DNA of 64,000 bases from Oculina patagonica (GCF_052425735.1 NC_135764.1:26412001-26476000), one strand, 5' to 3'; numbered from the stretch's first letter, positions 37,786-52,087 are shown. Made by a program: numbers and translations. The notes: generated by a model from the letters alone, not told the origin.

Positions 37786-38220
37786 AAATTGCAAACAAAA
37801 AAAAAACCTTCAAGAAAGTAGAAGATTTTTTAAGTTCTTCTTTTGTCTTGTTTTACTTTCGGTTTCGTAATTTGAATTCAATTATTCTGGGATCAATCAT
37901 ATGACAAAGTATCTAAAAGCGGTACCTTAAGATGAGATCACACGTTATTCTTTTACCAAATTCTGTCCCTCCATAAGTTCCAATCCAAATAAACAAATTA
38001 ATATTCATTTCGTTAATCAAAGTTCCGTATGCACGACCATTCTTTTACAAATTACTTTGTTTTTCTGTCCACCTCCGAAGATTAATTATAACGTCGTAGG
38101 CAACGATATAGTAGAAGAGATTGAATTTAGAAGCTAATAATATTGACTCAAAGAATTCACAAAGCACAAACAGTTTGATTTCGTTTTTTCTATGCATTTA
38201 TTGTTCTGGTTGTTTTACAA

Positions 38221-41200
38221 TTAATTCGAGTTCATTGTATCATCGATCCATTGCCTCAAGTAACGGACCTTTGAGTAGACGCCATATTTGCCTGGAGACG
38301 CACATCCGATCCCCCACGAAACAACACCCTCCAGATAGAACCTTCCGTTGTCTTCACACACCATGGGACCCCCTGAATCTCCTTGGCACGAGTCCTTGCC
38401 ACCTTGGTCGAGTCCAGCACAGACCATGGAGTCGTGGATCCGTGAACCATAGGCTTGTTTACATCTGGAGTCCGATACAATTGGGACCTTGACCTGCATA
38501 AGGACATCTGGTCTAGCACCGCCGGAAGCCAGTCGTCCAAATCCTTAAAGAAAGAAAAGAAAAAACAACCCCAAAAAAACAAATGTATGTATTTATTTGT
38601 AAAAAAGTGTACTGAAATAGTCAGTGTGACACAACATAATAGGGAAGTAGGTTCCATTGGCTCAGTAAGAAATTAAATTAAATATCAAGATCGATGTCAT
38701 TTCACAATAGTCCATAAAAACGAAACACTCGATGAATGTTTGAAAACCGCAGAGTCAATTGTGAAGTAAACTTGCTTTAGAATGTTATGATCGTATATCG
38801 ATTTGTACACAACATCGTTTACATTTTGAATACCGTAAAGAGCGAAAAACGCTAAACCGTTATTTTTTATAGGTTTAGCAGCTTTAACCAATTCGGTTTA
38901 AACGAGAATGAAATATTTACTAAAAAAATGTTAAAAAAGGAAGAAAAAGACTTTAAATTGAACGAGTATTAGTTACTGGTGCACGGTAAAAGAATTTCTT
39001 TTGGAACGGTCGCTATCGTCACAAGATTTCAAGGTTGTTTTCCCGGGATGGGGGTGGGGGATAAAATAAATAACTTTATTAACGTGTCTTAAATGTTTGG
39101 CTGAGGGGAAAACTCCCCCTACTAATAGTGGACACCTAAAAGTTAAAACTGATATCCTAATCACAACTATTACAATTAATAATTCAAAGTTAATATAAGT
39201 TAAAAGAAGCTTTTTACGTGATAAAAAACGGTGTAAAAACTATTTATGTGATAAAAGGAATATATACATGCGATAAAAAGACTATAAACATGATTATTAC
39301 TGAAGTTATTATGAGACAAGTTTTATACGGGGAGGCTCTGCCCCAAGTTCTAGCTCCTTACCCTTTTATTTTACGCTTTGACAGAAATTTTACCCTTTTC
39401 ATATACCTTTTACTAACAAAATGTACCCCTTTCATATAACTACTGAAAAGACTTGGCATAGACAGGACGTTTTCTTTTTAACTTAATTAAAGGCCCTTTT
39501 AAATACCTGAATGACAGATTTCCGTACCCTTTCACATACCTGGGCTTGAGAAATCACTACCCTGTTACATGCCTAAATCCTGCAAAAGGTACCCCTTTCG
39601 GGGGGAGCCTCCCCGCCTTTGACAAATTGTAGGGGAACCCTCGGGGGAGTTTTTTCATAGTGATAATTCATAGTGCAATCACCTGCCATTGTACTTTACT
39701 ATAGTGGAAGAAATACTCTGCGAAATTGTTTCAATATATATTCCACTGATTTTACCTGTAACCCAACAGATCTTGTTATCTGCAACTCTTCCACTCGATC
39801 CAGGCATACAAGCCAGATTAACAGCTTTGTTGAGTTGAGCGGGCTTGCGCAGTTTTAACATTGCAATATCGTGTGCCATGCCATAAGGTCGTTTGTAGCT
39901 GTGGTGAGAGATGATCTTTTCAATCTCCATGTCCTGTTCTGTTCCCACATTATTAACTAGCTCGTGAGCTCCAAGTCTATAAAAATCGAGAAACAGCTGT
40001 AATCTAATGTTCTATCATAAAATGGAAATTAACTTTTTTCTTTTATCTTTCCTTTATTGATATCTACACACTTAACATTACATTATTATCAATTAACGCG
40101 GCCAAATTGAAAACCGCCCTACTGAAAACACGCGCCTTGCGGGCCGCAAATGACTCCTAGCGGGCTGTTAATGCATTAACTGCCCTGCAGCTGATTGGTT
40201 ATCGGTTCATCATCCGATTAACTTTAACCAATCAGCGTCGCTGACGCGGGAAAACCATTCAGGTGCGTATGCGTACAGCAAGAGTCTCGAGCAGTTTTTC
40301 GTGAAGCGAATTGTGTTCGGTAGGAAAAATCAAAGTCTTTTTGTTAAAAATGGGACAAAATACAGGGAAAAAAATCGGATTTAGAAGTGAATGCAAAAGG
40401 CGAAGAGACAAAGAGAGCAACTCTTTGTTGTCTTGCGAGAAACGAAACATCGTTCACTTGAATTGTGTACCTCCGGTCGAGCTAATTTAGCTAAAGCAGT
40501 TGCAGGAATTTTACACCTAAGTTCAATCGGAAAATGTATACTTTTAAAGTATTTTTTATCCATGAATCAACCCCAGGGGGGGGGGGGGGGGTACTCCGGC
40601 TTGTAAATGACGGGGATGATCGAATAAAGGCAAAACTTAGGACCCAAAAAGATCCCTAAGTCTTCCGACATTACCCAAAAATTGTCTTTAGATGAACTTG
40701 TTGATAAACTAACGTTTCAATGTAAAATAGAAAAATGTCCTCAAACATAAAACTGTTTATCTAACCAACAACCGTAAATGTGCACCTTTTCCCTTTTCGG
40801 TGTATTAAGTTGATTAAAAGCGTTATTACAATAATAATATCAACAACGTAATGTATTCTTTATGCATTTTTTTGCGATTTCATTACTTTTGTCGCCTCTT
40901 TTTCGGTTGTTTATCTAGCTGTCATGTTTTTATTTTTATTATGTTACAAAAGAAAACATGAATACCGCGTTTATTCGATTTAGCGCCCTGAGCACTTTTT
41001 ATATTTATGTACCTCAAGAGTGGGCGCTTATTCAAGGCTGTGCGCTTATTAATTCTTCACCACTTTAAGCAAGTAGAAAATTGAAGTTGGTGGTGTACCT
41101 AAACATAATTTTAACTGTTCATTTGAAGTTTCTGTAGAAAAACAACTAACAGTTAGTCAGTTTCAAACAAATTGTCACTAAGGTCATTAAGCGAACTCTC

Positions 41201-42395
41201 TAGTGCTGCCTCCTTGATGTTTGGCGCGTATTCGAGGATGGACGCTTATTATCTTTTCCTACCTTTGGGGGGGCGCTTATTCGAGGTTCGGCGCTTAATC
41301 GAATAAATACAGTAATAATATTGTATAATTTCAAATAGCATGTGTACGTGTTTTTTTAGGTGGACCAATGTGTCAATCTCAAAAAAAAAAAGAAAGAAAG
41401 AAAGCAGGTAATCGGTGTTAACGCACGCACGGTGAATTTAGTTATGAATTTCGTTCCACTGAAATGAAGTAGCGTTTTACAAACTCACCTTACACGAAAG
41501 CTCGAGGGAGTTTTACCCGGGACGCAGTGAGCTGCAGTGACAACCCATTGCGGATGAACTAAAGTTCCTCCACAGAAGGTAAAGCCATAAGATGTCCTGA
41601 GCTGGGCTTGCCACGGCCAAGCTCCTTTAGGGGCCTCGGTACCACCAACAATTCGAACACTGGGTTTGTAGCCACATTGTTCTGATCCACTGTTGCCACC
41701 GCCGCAATAATTACAGGTTTTCTGACAGACATTTTTCATGTGTTCTTCGAATTTACCTTTGCAATATCCCTTACCAGCATAGTACTCGCAGTTCAAGCTT
41801 CCTTTGTCTTCACACCCTGCAATTATTTTTAGAGAGAAATAAAATATAAAGTGCTCAACAAATCAACCGATTGATTGATCGATCAATAGATTGATCAATC
41901 GACCAACGACACTGACTGCAAATCAACCAAGTTGTCCTCCAACGATTTTTTTTTTCGGTTCACTGAAAAAGGTGGACTATATATTATATCAACAAAGTCG
42001 ATCTCTCTCTCTAGTTCGACTTGGCAGGAATATAGAACCACTCGTTCAATGAAGAGGACAAAAGAATTTTTGGAAAGAAGAAACGCAGCCTAGAAAATTT
42101 CAAACAAGCAACAAGCAACCTAGTCCTATTTATATTATTTGATCATCCATCGGTCCCCTCGCCATAGCGTAGAATGAATGGTTTGTACATCAGAGAAAAC
42201 AAGAAACAGATTACAATGAATCGTGCAATAATTACACCGGATAAAGCTAACGCAATCTAAGAGATTGTTTTTAGATTAAACCCTGTTACTTAAAAAAAAG
42301 TGAAACAAATTATTATTTTAGGTAATATAATTACCATGTGCGAAACTTGCCAAGACGGCAATGCCCAAAACACAGATAACCACTGAAGTCTGCAT
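38221..42395 (-). CDS. ShK-domain trypsin-like serine protease, copy 4 (310 aa; short linker)
   Basis: Exons 42395-42335, 41816-41489, 39976-39756 and 38543-38221 (933 nt); intact triad. Confidence 0.95.
39315..39650. mobile_element. Degenerate MITE in copy 4 intron 3
   Basis: GGGGAGGCTC / GAGCCTCCCC inverted motifs and repeated TACCC(C)TTTC. Confidence 0.5.
40965..41312. mobile_element. Tc1/mariner-type MITE in copy 4 intron 2
   Basis: TA-CCGCGTTTATTCGATTTAGCGCC ... GGCGCTTAATCGAATAAATACAG-TA. Confidence 0.75.
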
Positions 42396-42443
42396 TACGA
42401 GGAAGCGATAAACACAAGTTAAAACTGAGTTGTGACTAACCGC

Positions 42444-42673
42444 CTTATATTCTGAACAACAAGGCTTCAAGACTCGGCATGAACAAGCACCGGGGGGCAG
42501 AACAAATGAATACAAGCTTGCATAGCTGTTAACACATATTTTAAACTAAAATGGAATTTTGTAACCTGAGCAAATAATAACGTTTACATTTTTTATATCC
42601 TTTGTTTTCCGATGGTTCGGCAATCTTTTATCACGGCGAATGAATCAAAACCATCTGGAGAAACTGGGTAAAT
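42444..42673 (-). promoter_or_regulatory. Copy 4 proximal promoter
   Basis: TATAAG at 42449-42444; GAACAAGCA at ~42481; CATCTG-N7-TGGGTAAAT at 42652-42673. Confidence 0.6.
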
Positions 42674-42979
42674 GTTAACAACAGCGCCGTACATATTTGA
42701 TTAGCAGTCAACATAAACTTTATTCATGAATGACTTCTGGATTCATTGTTTGATCAAGTTTTTTTTAAAGTTTCACTGATATCAGTAAACAATGGCTTGC
42801 AAAAGTATTTTCATCTTTTAGGGGGGGTGGGGGTGTGAACAATTTTACAGTAAAATCTGTGACTTTTTGGGATTCGGTGCGTCTCATTAGTTGGTCGATG
42901 TGGAGTTACTAACGGTTATACAACAACTTTTAGTAATTTCATTTCTTTTCCTTCTAGTTCTTAAATATTACATAGTATA

Positions 42980-43145
42980 TGTGATATCAGCCCAAGTAAA
43001 TGGCCCAGCTCACCACGAGTCTCTTGTAGCTCAGTTGGTTAGTGCGCCCAACCGGTATCTGGGAGGCCATGGGTTCAAGTCCCTTCGGGGACTTAGAATT
43101 TTTCTTTGTCCCATGCTCGTGTCACTGTTGAAAAATACATCTTTA
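42980..43145 (+). mobile_element. tRNA-derived SINE-like repeat
   Basis: GTAGCTCAGTTGGTTAG...GGTTCAAGTCCC; same family as 44120-44360; absent at the homologous copy 5 site. Confidence 0.7.
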
Positions 43146-44119
43146 TTTCTTATAGTTCTAATGTTTGCTTGTTTACTGTTTAAACAGTATTCTTTTATAT
43201 CAACGGATGGCAATTTGCGGAATTCGAGGTGTGTCTTTTGTTCACAGGTATTTCTTCGAAGAAAATGAATCGATTTGGTTGTGTTCTTGTACGTGTTATT
43301 TACCTGACAAACATTCTTTATGACTGACGTAATGTGGTGTGTTGTTGCAGCGAATAACATGAATCTGGTAAAGAAAAGTCCCTTTTTAGTTAGTTAACAT
43401 TTATGAAGATACACCTTTTATTGTTATCGTAACATTTAAGACATCACAGTTGAGAAAAAGAGAAACAGTATAAACTGGGAAACTAGGTAAACAACAGTTA
43501 CTGATAAACAGTTGAAAAAATACAGCTTTCATGGTTCTTTCATGTATATCGGATCATCAAAGGCGCCAAAGCTGAGTAAATAAACATACAGTTGAATGTC
43601 ATTTTTCACAAAGAAAACGAAAAAAGGTTCGAAAAATCAGGTATGTGTAGAAATCGGGGGTAAAATCATAATGTTCGACATAGCCTTAAGAGTAAAGAGA
43701 TTTGCCTCGAGTGTTCTGAAGGTTCGGAAAAACCAAAGGTTCAATAAAATCTGCATTCCACTGCAGTTCTTTGCTGCGAATGTTTTTTTATATATTGGCA
43801 AGATTTTGCTACACTAGGTGAAAATGGAGAAATATATTTAGAGAATATAATTATGATTTTTTTGCTTTGTTGTTGTTGTTAATAACTTTTAAAGCAATTT
43901 TTCTTGTCTCTTCCTACTCTCCCCCACCGATCGTGAATGAACCCTTCCGAAAATTATCCAATTAAAAATATTTTTTAACAATTATACAATTCAGTTTTTT
44001 TTTTATTAGAATGTTATGGTTAGCATTCAAGACATCGATTTCCTTTGCAATTAAAGCTGCCCGGTTGTATTTTTAAAGGCAATCTATGTGATCTCTTTAG
44101 TTTATTACCGAGCTTAAAA

Positions 44120-44360
44120 TTTACCATCTTTATTATTTACTACAAAACTTGATGAATTCGACATTGCTGATCCTAGCAGTATGCAGGACGCGTGTCACAT
44201 ATCAACCTAGTAAAATGGCCCAGCTCACAACGAGTCTCTCGTAGCTCAGTTGGTTAGAGCGCCCAACCGGTATTCTGGGAGGCCATGGGTTCGATTCCCG
44301 TCGGGTACTCAGAATTTTTTCTTTGTCCCATGCTCGTGTCATGTAGAACATCTTATCTTT
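44120..44360 (+). mobile_element. tRNA-derived SINE-like repeat
   Basis: GTAGCTCAGTTGGTTAGAGC...GGTTCGATTCCC embedded in shared family flanks. Confidence 0.7.
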
Positions 44361-46007
44361 AACCATAAGACTTTGGGAAAGCCCATAGCGCAAAGTGCTT
44401 GTTTTTGCCTTTGGAAACGCTCAGTAGCAACACCAGAGAGAAGGAATGTTATGTTCTACTTTATAATCTAGTCTTATCGGGTCTGAAATTGAAGATCTTA
44501 ATAAAGTATAAGTTTTTGGTTTTGGTTTTCTGAAGGGTGTCCTGTTTCTTTGCAGATCACGAATCCAAAACAATGGAGTTTTAGACAGAAACCATGTTGA
44601 CATTAACTATGATTTGCATTTAGGTAATCTTTCGACAACTGAGGACTGTTAACTTTTGCTGACACTGCTACAAAAATGTGAAAGGGACTACACAAGTTGA
44701 GCAATTACAGCAACGGGGAATATCAAATCCCATTAGCAGGACCAAAAAGGAAAAAGCAGGCAACCAAAAAACTCTGACCTTCATTCTAAACAAGAGGGTT
44801 TTTTTTTCGTTCTTGGAATTTTTAATTTAAACGAGAATCATAACACGAAATTAAATAGTTTATAGCCTGTATAAATAAAAGTCTCTAGTGAGATTTAAAA
44901 AATGAAGCAAATATTAAGCTGTGAAAATATTTATAGATCTTAAAACCTGACGCAAGATTAGCTTAAGAAGAGAAAAAATAACAAGCATGATTTCGTTAAA
45001 GAACCTTCTGTACTTCAGTTAAACGAAAATAACAAAACGTTAATACTCGAAGTGAAAACATGTATTTCTGTACAATTTATATTGAACAATTGGTTCCTGC
45101 TTTAGCGTGCACCATCGAGTTATGGTGCACGCAGGAAGTTTAGAGAGCCCGAAAGAAGCGTAACTGGGTTGCCCGACGCGATAGCAGAGCGAGGGAAAAA
45201 ACCTGTCGAACCGCAAATGCAGCAAATGCTCCTGCCGACTCCGAGGTTAGCTTTCGCTGAATTAAATTTTTACCCCGAGCTGTAGAAAATCAAACCAAAA
45301 TAGAGAGCATATCATTTCTTTAGGCTTTAAGAGTCAAAATGTTCGGTTTCATGGTTAGTTTTAAGTATTTTTTTCTGGAACGATTACATTCATGGTTGCC
45401 TTGCAGAAAAGGGTGGTTAAATGTCGTTCGTTGAATTACATTTTCTTCGAGACATCGAAATCACAACAGAGCCTTTGACACTTGGGGCATAAAACGCGAA
45501 AACTTTCGTTTGGTTGCTAGTTTTAAATCAATCGAACTGTTGTAATTCATGGTTGGCCGATTTTTCCACGTAAGCCCAGTGAAAAAAAAAAGGTTTTTCG
45601 TCCTTCGAGACTCGCGCTTTAGTACTTGTTGCCAGTTTGTCTGTTTGAATGAAGAAAGGCACACACACAACTCACAGATTGACTGCAATTGAGTCCTTTA
45701 AATAACGGACGAAACGGAATTGATTTCTTCAAATTATGTTCTTCCACAGGGTCCAGTTCAAATAATTCCCATGCACAACTAAATGTTCAATTTTCATCAG
45801 TTTCTTTTCTGTGCACACGACCCGTCTTTCACAATTTGCAAATCTACGAATTACTTTGTTTTTCTACCCACCTCCGAGGACGAATGCCGTAGGCAGATGT
45901 ATATTAGGGGGAACTCTAGGCGCTAAACAGTTTTTGCTAAAGATTTAACAAAGACACGATTATTTGATTCTTTTTCATGTGCGTTTATTGTTCTAATTCT
46001 TGTACAA

Positions 46008-48007
46008 TTAATACGAGTTCATTGTATCATCAATCCATTGCTTCAAGTAACGGACCCTTGAGTAGACGCCATATTTGCCTGGACGAGCACATCCGATCCC
46101 CCACGAAACAACACCCTCCAGATAGAACCTTCCGTTGTCCTCACACACCATGGGACCCCCTGAATCTCCTTGGCACGAGTCCTTGCCACCTTGATCGAGT
46201 CCAGCGCAGACCATGGAGTCGTGGATCCGTGAACCATAGGCCTGTTTACATCTGGCGTCTGATACAACCGGGACCTTGACCTGCATGAGGACATCAGGAG
46301 AAGCACCACCTGAAGCCAGTCGTCCAAATCCTAAAGAGACCAAAATAAAAACATGTAAAATTTTTTTAAACAAATAAACTGAAAATGGAACATGTGATGC
46401 GACAAAATAGGGAAATAGGTTCCATTTTGATAGTGAGACATATTGGAACAATTTCCGTATAAATATCACAATCGATGCCATTTCACAATAACTTATTGTT
46501 ACTTATTTTCGCGGGAACTTAATTTCGCGATTTGGCCAAAAAGGTACGATTAAAGGAAGCAAATTTCGCGAAAATGTTCAAAATACTGGTCTACATTAAA
46601 AAACAGTAAGTTTCAAAATAAGCACAACTGGTTTTACGAATTTTCCATAGCAATTGTTTCCAATGACACTGAACAGAACCATATAACAATGGAATGGAAT
46701 GGAACTGAAACTGAACTGAAACTTTATTTACCCTCGGTATTATGAGCCGTGTTAGGGCTCTAGCAAGTATATGCTAATGAAACCGAGCATTTCACAGTAT
46801 AAAACACAATGCGCAAAGATAGACCACAACACCGGGAACTCCGTGCTCTGCTCTTTTCGATAAGTGTGTGGGTTCTTTAACGTCCCCTGTTGATTATAAC
46901 ACTGAAGATGCAGGAGACGGGGCCTACAGTTTATCGTCCTTATCCGAGAAGACTAGAATATCTAACCATTTGCAGATGTCATTGCAAAGGAAGCATATTC
47001 TCCTCAGACCCTGTGTGTTGGTCCGGTCTGGGACTCGAACCCGAGACCTCCCGCACGGCAGTCCGGCGCTCTACCAACTGAGCTAACCGGTCGGCGGTTA
47101 GTTCGGAAGAGTTACTCTCCAAAATTGTTTCAAAGTATATACAACAGATTTTACCTGTAACCCAACACATCTTGTTATCAGCAACTCTTCCACTTGATCC
47201 AGGCATACAAGCCAGGTTAACAGCTTTGTTAATTTGAGCAGGCTTGCGCAGTTTCAACATGGCAATATCGTGTGCCATGCCATAAGGTCGTCTGTAGCTG
47301 CGGTGAGAGATGATCTTTTCAATCTCCATGTCCTGCTCTGTTCCCACGTTACCATTTCGCTTATGGGCTCCAAGTCTAAAAAATCGAGAAACGACTTTTC
47401 TTTAAAGTCCTACTTTGCAATTGAAATAAACTATATAATACGTAGAGGAACTTAGCACGATTGACATTCACCATTTTCTGTGTTTGGCAGAGAAAAGAAT
47501 AATGAAGTTTCTTGCATTTTTGTTCCAACTAATGCGTTATGTCATTTCTGCATCTATATTTAAATTGTGGGGTCTTGCAAAGGGAGGCATGCTCCCATCA
47601 CTGCAAGACATAACAAAAAAATAAAAATAAAAAACAGGCTTGGGGGAAGTCCCTACACCCATGAATGAAAAAGGAACTATGTATTTCACGGATGCGCACG
47701 TTAAAAATACAGCCCATATTTTTAATATGTGTTTATCATCATTGTTCGTTTCAGTTTTTTAATTAACAGTGTTTATCAAAACCAAAAATTAAAGTTCCCT
47801 TTATGTATTGACAAAGTCCTTATTATACTCGTAGAAATGGGTTATTTCAGGCAACCAAAAAGTACTTGTAAATCATTCTATTTCGTAAGCTTGTAGATGA
47901 AATAAGTTGTTGATTAATAATTAAAAGAAAACAGAATTTCCTGTTTCTTAATCCCTTCCGTTATACCCACATATGCTTTTAAGCCACTGGCTCGATTTAA
48001 TCCTTCA

Positions 48008-48039
<32 letters not shown>

Positions 48040-48552
48040 CATTTTTGCTGGCTTGGGTGGATAGGTGAAAGGTGATTGGTGTTAAGGTACTCTCGTATAC
48101 GTTAGTTATGAATTTGGTTCCATTAAGATGGTAACTTTTCTACAAACTTACCTTACACGAAAGCTTGAGGGAGTTTTACCCGGGACGCAGTGAGCTGCAG
48201 TGACAACCCATTGTGGATGAACTAAAGTTCCTCCACAGAAGGAAAAGCCGCCAAGTGTCCTGAGCTGGGCCTGCCACGGCCATGCTCCTTTGGGGGCCTC
48301 GGTACCACCAACAATTCGAACACTGGGTTTGTAACCACATTGTCCTGATCCGCCGTTACCGCCGTTGCCACCGTTACCACCGTTGCCACCGTTACCACCA
48401 TCGCATAGATTACAGCTCTTCTGGCAGTTAACTTTCATGAATGCTTTGTATTGACCTTTGCAAAATCCCTGGCCAGCCCAGTACGAGCAGTGTTGGTTTT
48501 TGTCGGCACAACCTGAAAAATGTTAAAAGAGAAATAAAAAAAGGAAGTGATA

Positions 48553-48593
<41 letters not shown>

Positions 48594-49199
48594 AACAATC
48601 AATCGAACAATCAATCAATAATGACCGAGTTGCCCACCAACGTTTGATATCTTTTAACATACTGTTCTGCACCAGCAATCATGCTTCTTGAAATTCGTGT
48701 CATGTCCATTTAGACATTGAAGACATTTTATTCCAGTGGTGTATAACGCTGCAGCACATATTGGATTTTAAAAATCCGGAGACCTACCGTTTTGATTTAT
48801 AAACCCTTTAAACCCTCATCTGATTTATTTCGGTTTCATTTCTCTTTCTTCATCAAATAATTACTGGAAAAATCAACTTTAGTTGTCAAGAAGGGTACAT
48901 ACTCAAGGAGTAGTTTTCCGGTCCTTAACCGGCGATTAGTAAAGCACGCCTTCAAATTCAAACAACCAACATATATCATCTCACCACCAATCCTAAATCA
49001 TCGTTAGCAGTAAAACAATGATTATGATCGAATCGTGCAATAATCGCACCGTGTAAAGATAATGCGATGCAAGTCTATATTCTAGCTCTGTTTCTTAAAG
49101 AAAGTGGTGCAAATGAAAATGTTAAGTAACATAATTACCATGTGCGAAACTTGCCAAGACAGCGACGCCCAAAACGCAGAGAACAACTGTGGACTGCAT
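46008..49199 (-). CDS. ShK-domain trypsin-like serine protease, copy 5 (321 aa; (GGN)5 linker)
   Basis: Exons 49199-49139, 48512-48152, 47375-47155 and 46330-46008 (966 nt); intact triad. Confidence 0.95.
46690..47098 (-). mobile_element. tRNA-headed SINE in copy 5 intron 3
   Basis: Head GCCGACCGGTTAGCTCAGTTGGTAGAGCG...GGTTCGAGTCCC, a body, AATAAA and a (TTCAG/TTCCA)n tail. Confidence 0.8.
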
Positions 49200-49246
49200 G
49201 ATGAGGGAACAATTAACACAAGTTAAAACGGTCCTTGATTAACCTC

Positions 49247-49484
49247 CTTATATCCTGAACAACAAGGCTTCAAGACGCTGCCTGAACAAGCACAGGGGCT
49301 AAACAAGTGAATACAAGCTTACATAGCTGATACAGCATATTTCGTAACGCAAACTTCGGAAGATGGACTTTTGTAACTTGGCAAATAATAACGCATTCAT
49401 TTTTTATATGCTAAGTTCTTCGTTGGTTCGGCAATCTTTTATCACAGCGAATGAATCAAAACCATCTGGAGAAACTGGGCAAAT
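49247..49484 (-). promoter_or_regulatory. Copy 5 proximal promoter
   Basis: TATAAG at 49252-49247; CCTGAACAAGCA at 49281; CATCTG-N7-TGGGCAAAT at 49463-49484. Confidence 0.6.
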
Positions 49485-50175
49485 TCTAACAACTAGCGCC
49501 GTACATATTTGATTTGCAATCTATAAAATGTGTATTCATGAATGACTTCTTAAGGATTTATTGTTTGGTCAGGCATTTTTTAAGGATACACTGATATCAG
49601 AAAAAGAGTGGCGGCAAAACTATTTTTTTTTATATGGTGGGGTGTGAACATTTTCACAATAAAGTAACATTTTTGGATCCGGTTCGTCTTATTGGTTTGT
49701 CGATGGGGAGTTCTTAACAAGTTACCCAACAACCATTAGTGATTTCATTTATTATCCTTATAGTTATTGTTTGTTTGTTTGTTGTTGAACAAGTTTTCTT
49801 TTATATCAACGGACGGCCATTTGACGATACTTTGCAGGATTTTATGCCTTTTGTTCGCGGGTATTTTTACAAAGAAAATGAATTGACTTGGTTGTGTTTT
49901 GTGTTATTTACCTGACAAGTATTCTTCATAGCTGTCGTAATGACAGTGTTTTGTTGTAGCGAATAATATCAATCCGGTACAGAAAATTTGGAAAACCATG
50001 TAAATAACAATTACTATTCGTCTTTTACTTAGGAAACATTTCAGAAAATACAACATTTATTGTTATCGTACCATTAAAGACATCAAAGCTGAGAAAACAG
50101 ACACACAATAGGAACTGGCCTTGAGAAACTGGGTAAATAACAGCTATTGCATGATAAACATTTGAGAAAAATAAG

Positions 50176-50570
50176 CCGCGAGTAAGAACCTAAAATTTAA
50201 AAACCTGTTAGGCTAAAATTGCAAATTAGATACCATTTTTATAAGAACCTATTGAGCCTAAAATTTGAAAACAGGTTCTTATTTTTTTTTTTAATTGATT
50301 AAATATTTTTACTTTTGGGAAAATATGATAAGTCAACATTCTGGATCCTCTTTGGAGATACGTAACCTAGAAGCCTTATAACCCCACATGCAATGTAATG
50401 CAAATTTTATACATGAAAAAGGCCGAAAATCACTGAAATCTCTATTTTACAAGTTTTACTCAGTAATGAAGAACCTATTGGGGACTTAATAAACCTAAAT
50501 TTGTGTTAATAACTCTTTGTGTAAGAACCTGTTTAGGCTAATCTGAAAAACAATAGGTTCTTACTCGTGG
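50176..50570. mobile_element. MITE
   Basis: TIRs CCGCGAGTAAGAACCTA / TAGGTTCTTACTCGTGG; internal AAGAACCT repeats. Confidence 0.7.
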
Positions 50571-51545
50571 GTTTTTACTGTGGTTGTCGGATTATCAAAG
50601 CACTAAAGCCGGGAAAATAGACATCTAGTGAAATGCCGATTTTTCGAAACTTCAAGTAAAACGAAATTTGGTTCGAAACTTCAAAACTTCAAACTTCGTA
50701 ACTTCAAGGGAAACGAAATTTGGTTTGAAAAATCGGGTATTTCGAGAAATCGGGGGTAATATCACGGTATTTGACTGAGCTGTTAGGGAAACGACATTTG
50801 CTTCGAATTTAATCGGGAGGTTCGGATAAACCAAGGGTTCAAAAAATCCGGATATCATTACAGTTTTTTGCTGCAAATGTTGTTTTTACAGTGACAAAAT
50901 ATTGCTACACAAAGTGAAAACTGGTAATTCTGCACAAAAAGTATAATAATCAAAAATTATAATCATGATTTTTTTTTGCTTTGTTGTTGTTTCTACTTTT
51001 AAGGCCCCGTCTTCACTGACCCGGGTTTATAAAAATTTGAAAACGCATCTTTTTTCTCCGGTTAGGTCAACCGTCCACACTGAAGCGGCGTTTTCGGTCA
51101 GCGAAAACGGAGCTTTTCAAAAACGCTCACCAATGACCGTTTGGACTTGGAGCGTGAAATAGTGTATTTTTATTGTAAATAATTTTAGAGGGCCATTGGT
51201 TTGTAAGTATTTTTTATGTTATTTTAGTGCTACCCTCGTTAAATAAAGACTTTACTTTTACTTTTACTTACTAATGAAGCGTATCGTTTTCAAATTTACC
51301 CAGGTTAATGTGGACGGAAAACATTTTACGCGGCGTTTTCAAATTTCTCCGTTTTGCTATGAGGTGTTTTGCGGTGTTTTATCCAACTAAAGCAAAATTG
51401 AATCTGCGTGAGTTGCAGTGATTTGGTTTGGTCTAATTTCATGGTTGACGTTTAAGTTTAAAATAGATTGTCTGATACTTTTGATAGCTTTGCTAATTAA
51501 AAAGAATATAAAAGGGAGATGCACAAGAAAGTTGTTACAGCAAAG

Positions 51546-52087
51546 GAAAATATTACATCTCTTTGGCATGAAAAAAAAAGAAAAAGAAAAAGGCATCTAA
51601 CACACAAAATAGCAGTCAATTATGTATAAGGTTATCTGTTTTCATTCTTCGATTTTTTTTTATTTAAGCAAGAATACAGACAATACTATAAGTAGCCTCA
51701 GTATAACTAACAGTGTATGGCGAGTTTTCATATTTTAATGATTTTTGTCAATATTCAGAGCACAATACCAAAAAGACTAAAAGCTGAAAAAATATTTATA
51801 AATCACAAAGACTGCCGAAAATATTACATCTCTTTGGCATGAAAAAAAAGAAAGAAAAAGGCATCTAACACACAAAAAACAGTTAATTTAGTATAAGGTT
51901 ATCTGTTGTCATTCTTCGATTTTTTTATTTGAACAAGAATCCAGACTCTGAATACTAAGTAGCCTCAGTATAAATAACAATGTATGGCGAGTTTTTATAT
52001 TTTAATGATTTTTGTCAATATTCAAAGCAAAATGCCAAAAAGACTTAAAGCTGAAAAAATATTTTTAAATCACAAAGACTGCCAAAA
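51546..52087. repeat. Tandem duplication, ~271-bp unit x2
   Basis: GAAAATATTACATCTCTTTGGCATG at 51546 and 51817, with collinear sequence following. Confidence 0.85.

Noticed and set aside
38121-38657. Recurrent antisense and alternate-frame ORFs over protease exon 4 (also 20009, 30646, 45977, 53198)
   Set aside because: Shadows of the conserved protease exon, repeated because the gene is repeated
48551-48620. (ATCA)n repeat near the copy 5 exon 2 acceptor as a functional element
   Set aside because: Simple microsatellite expanded from a short motif also seen in copies 4 and 6; no evidence of function
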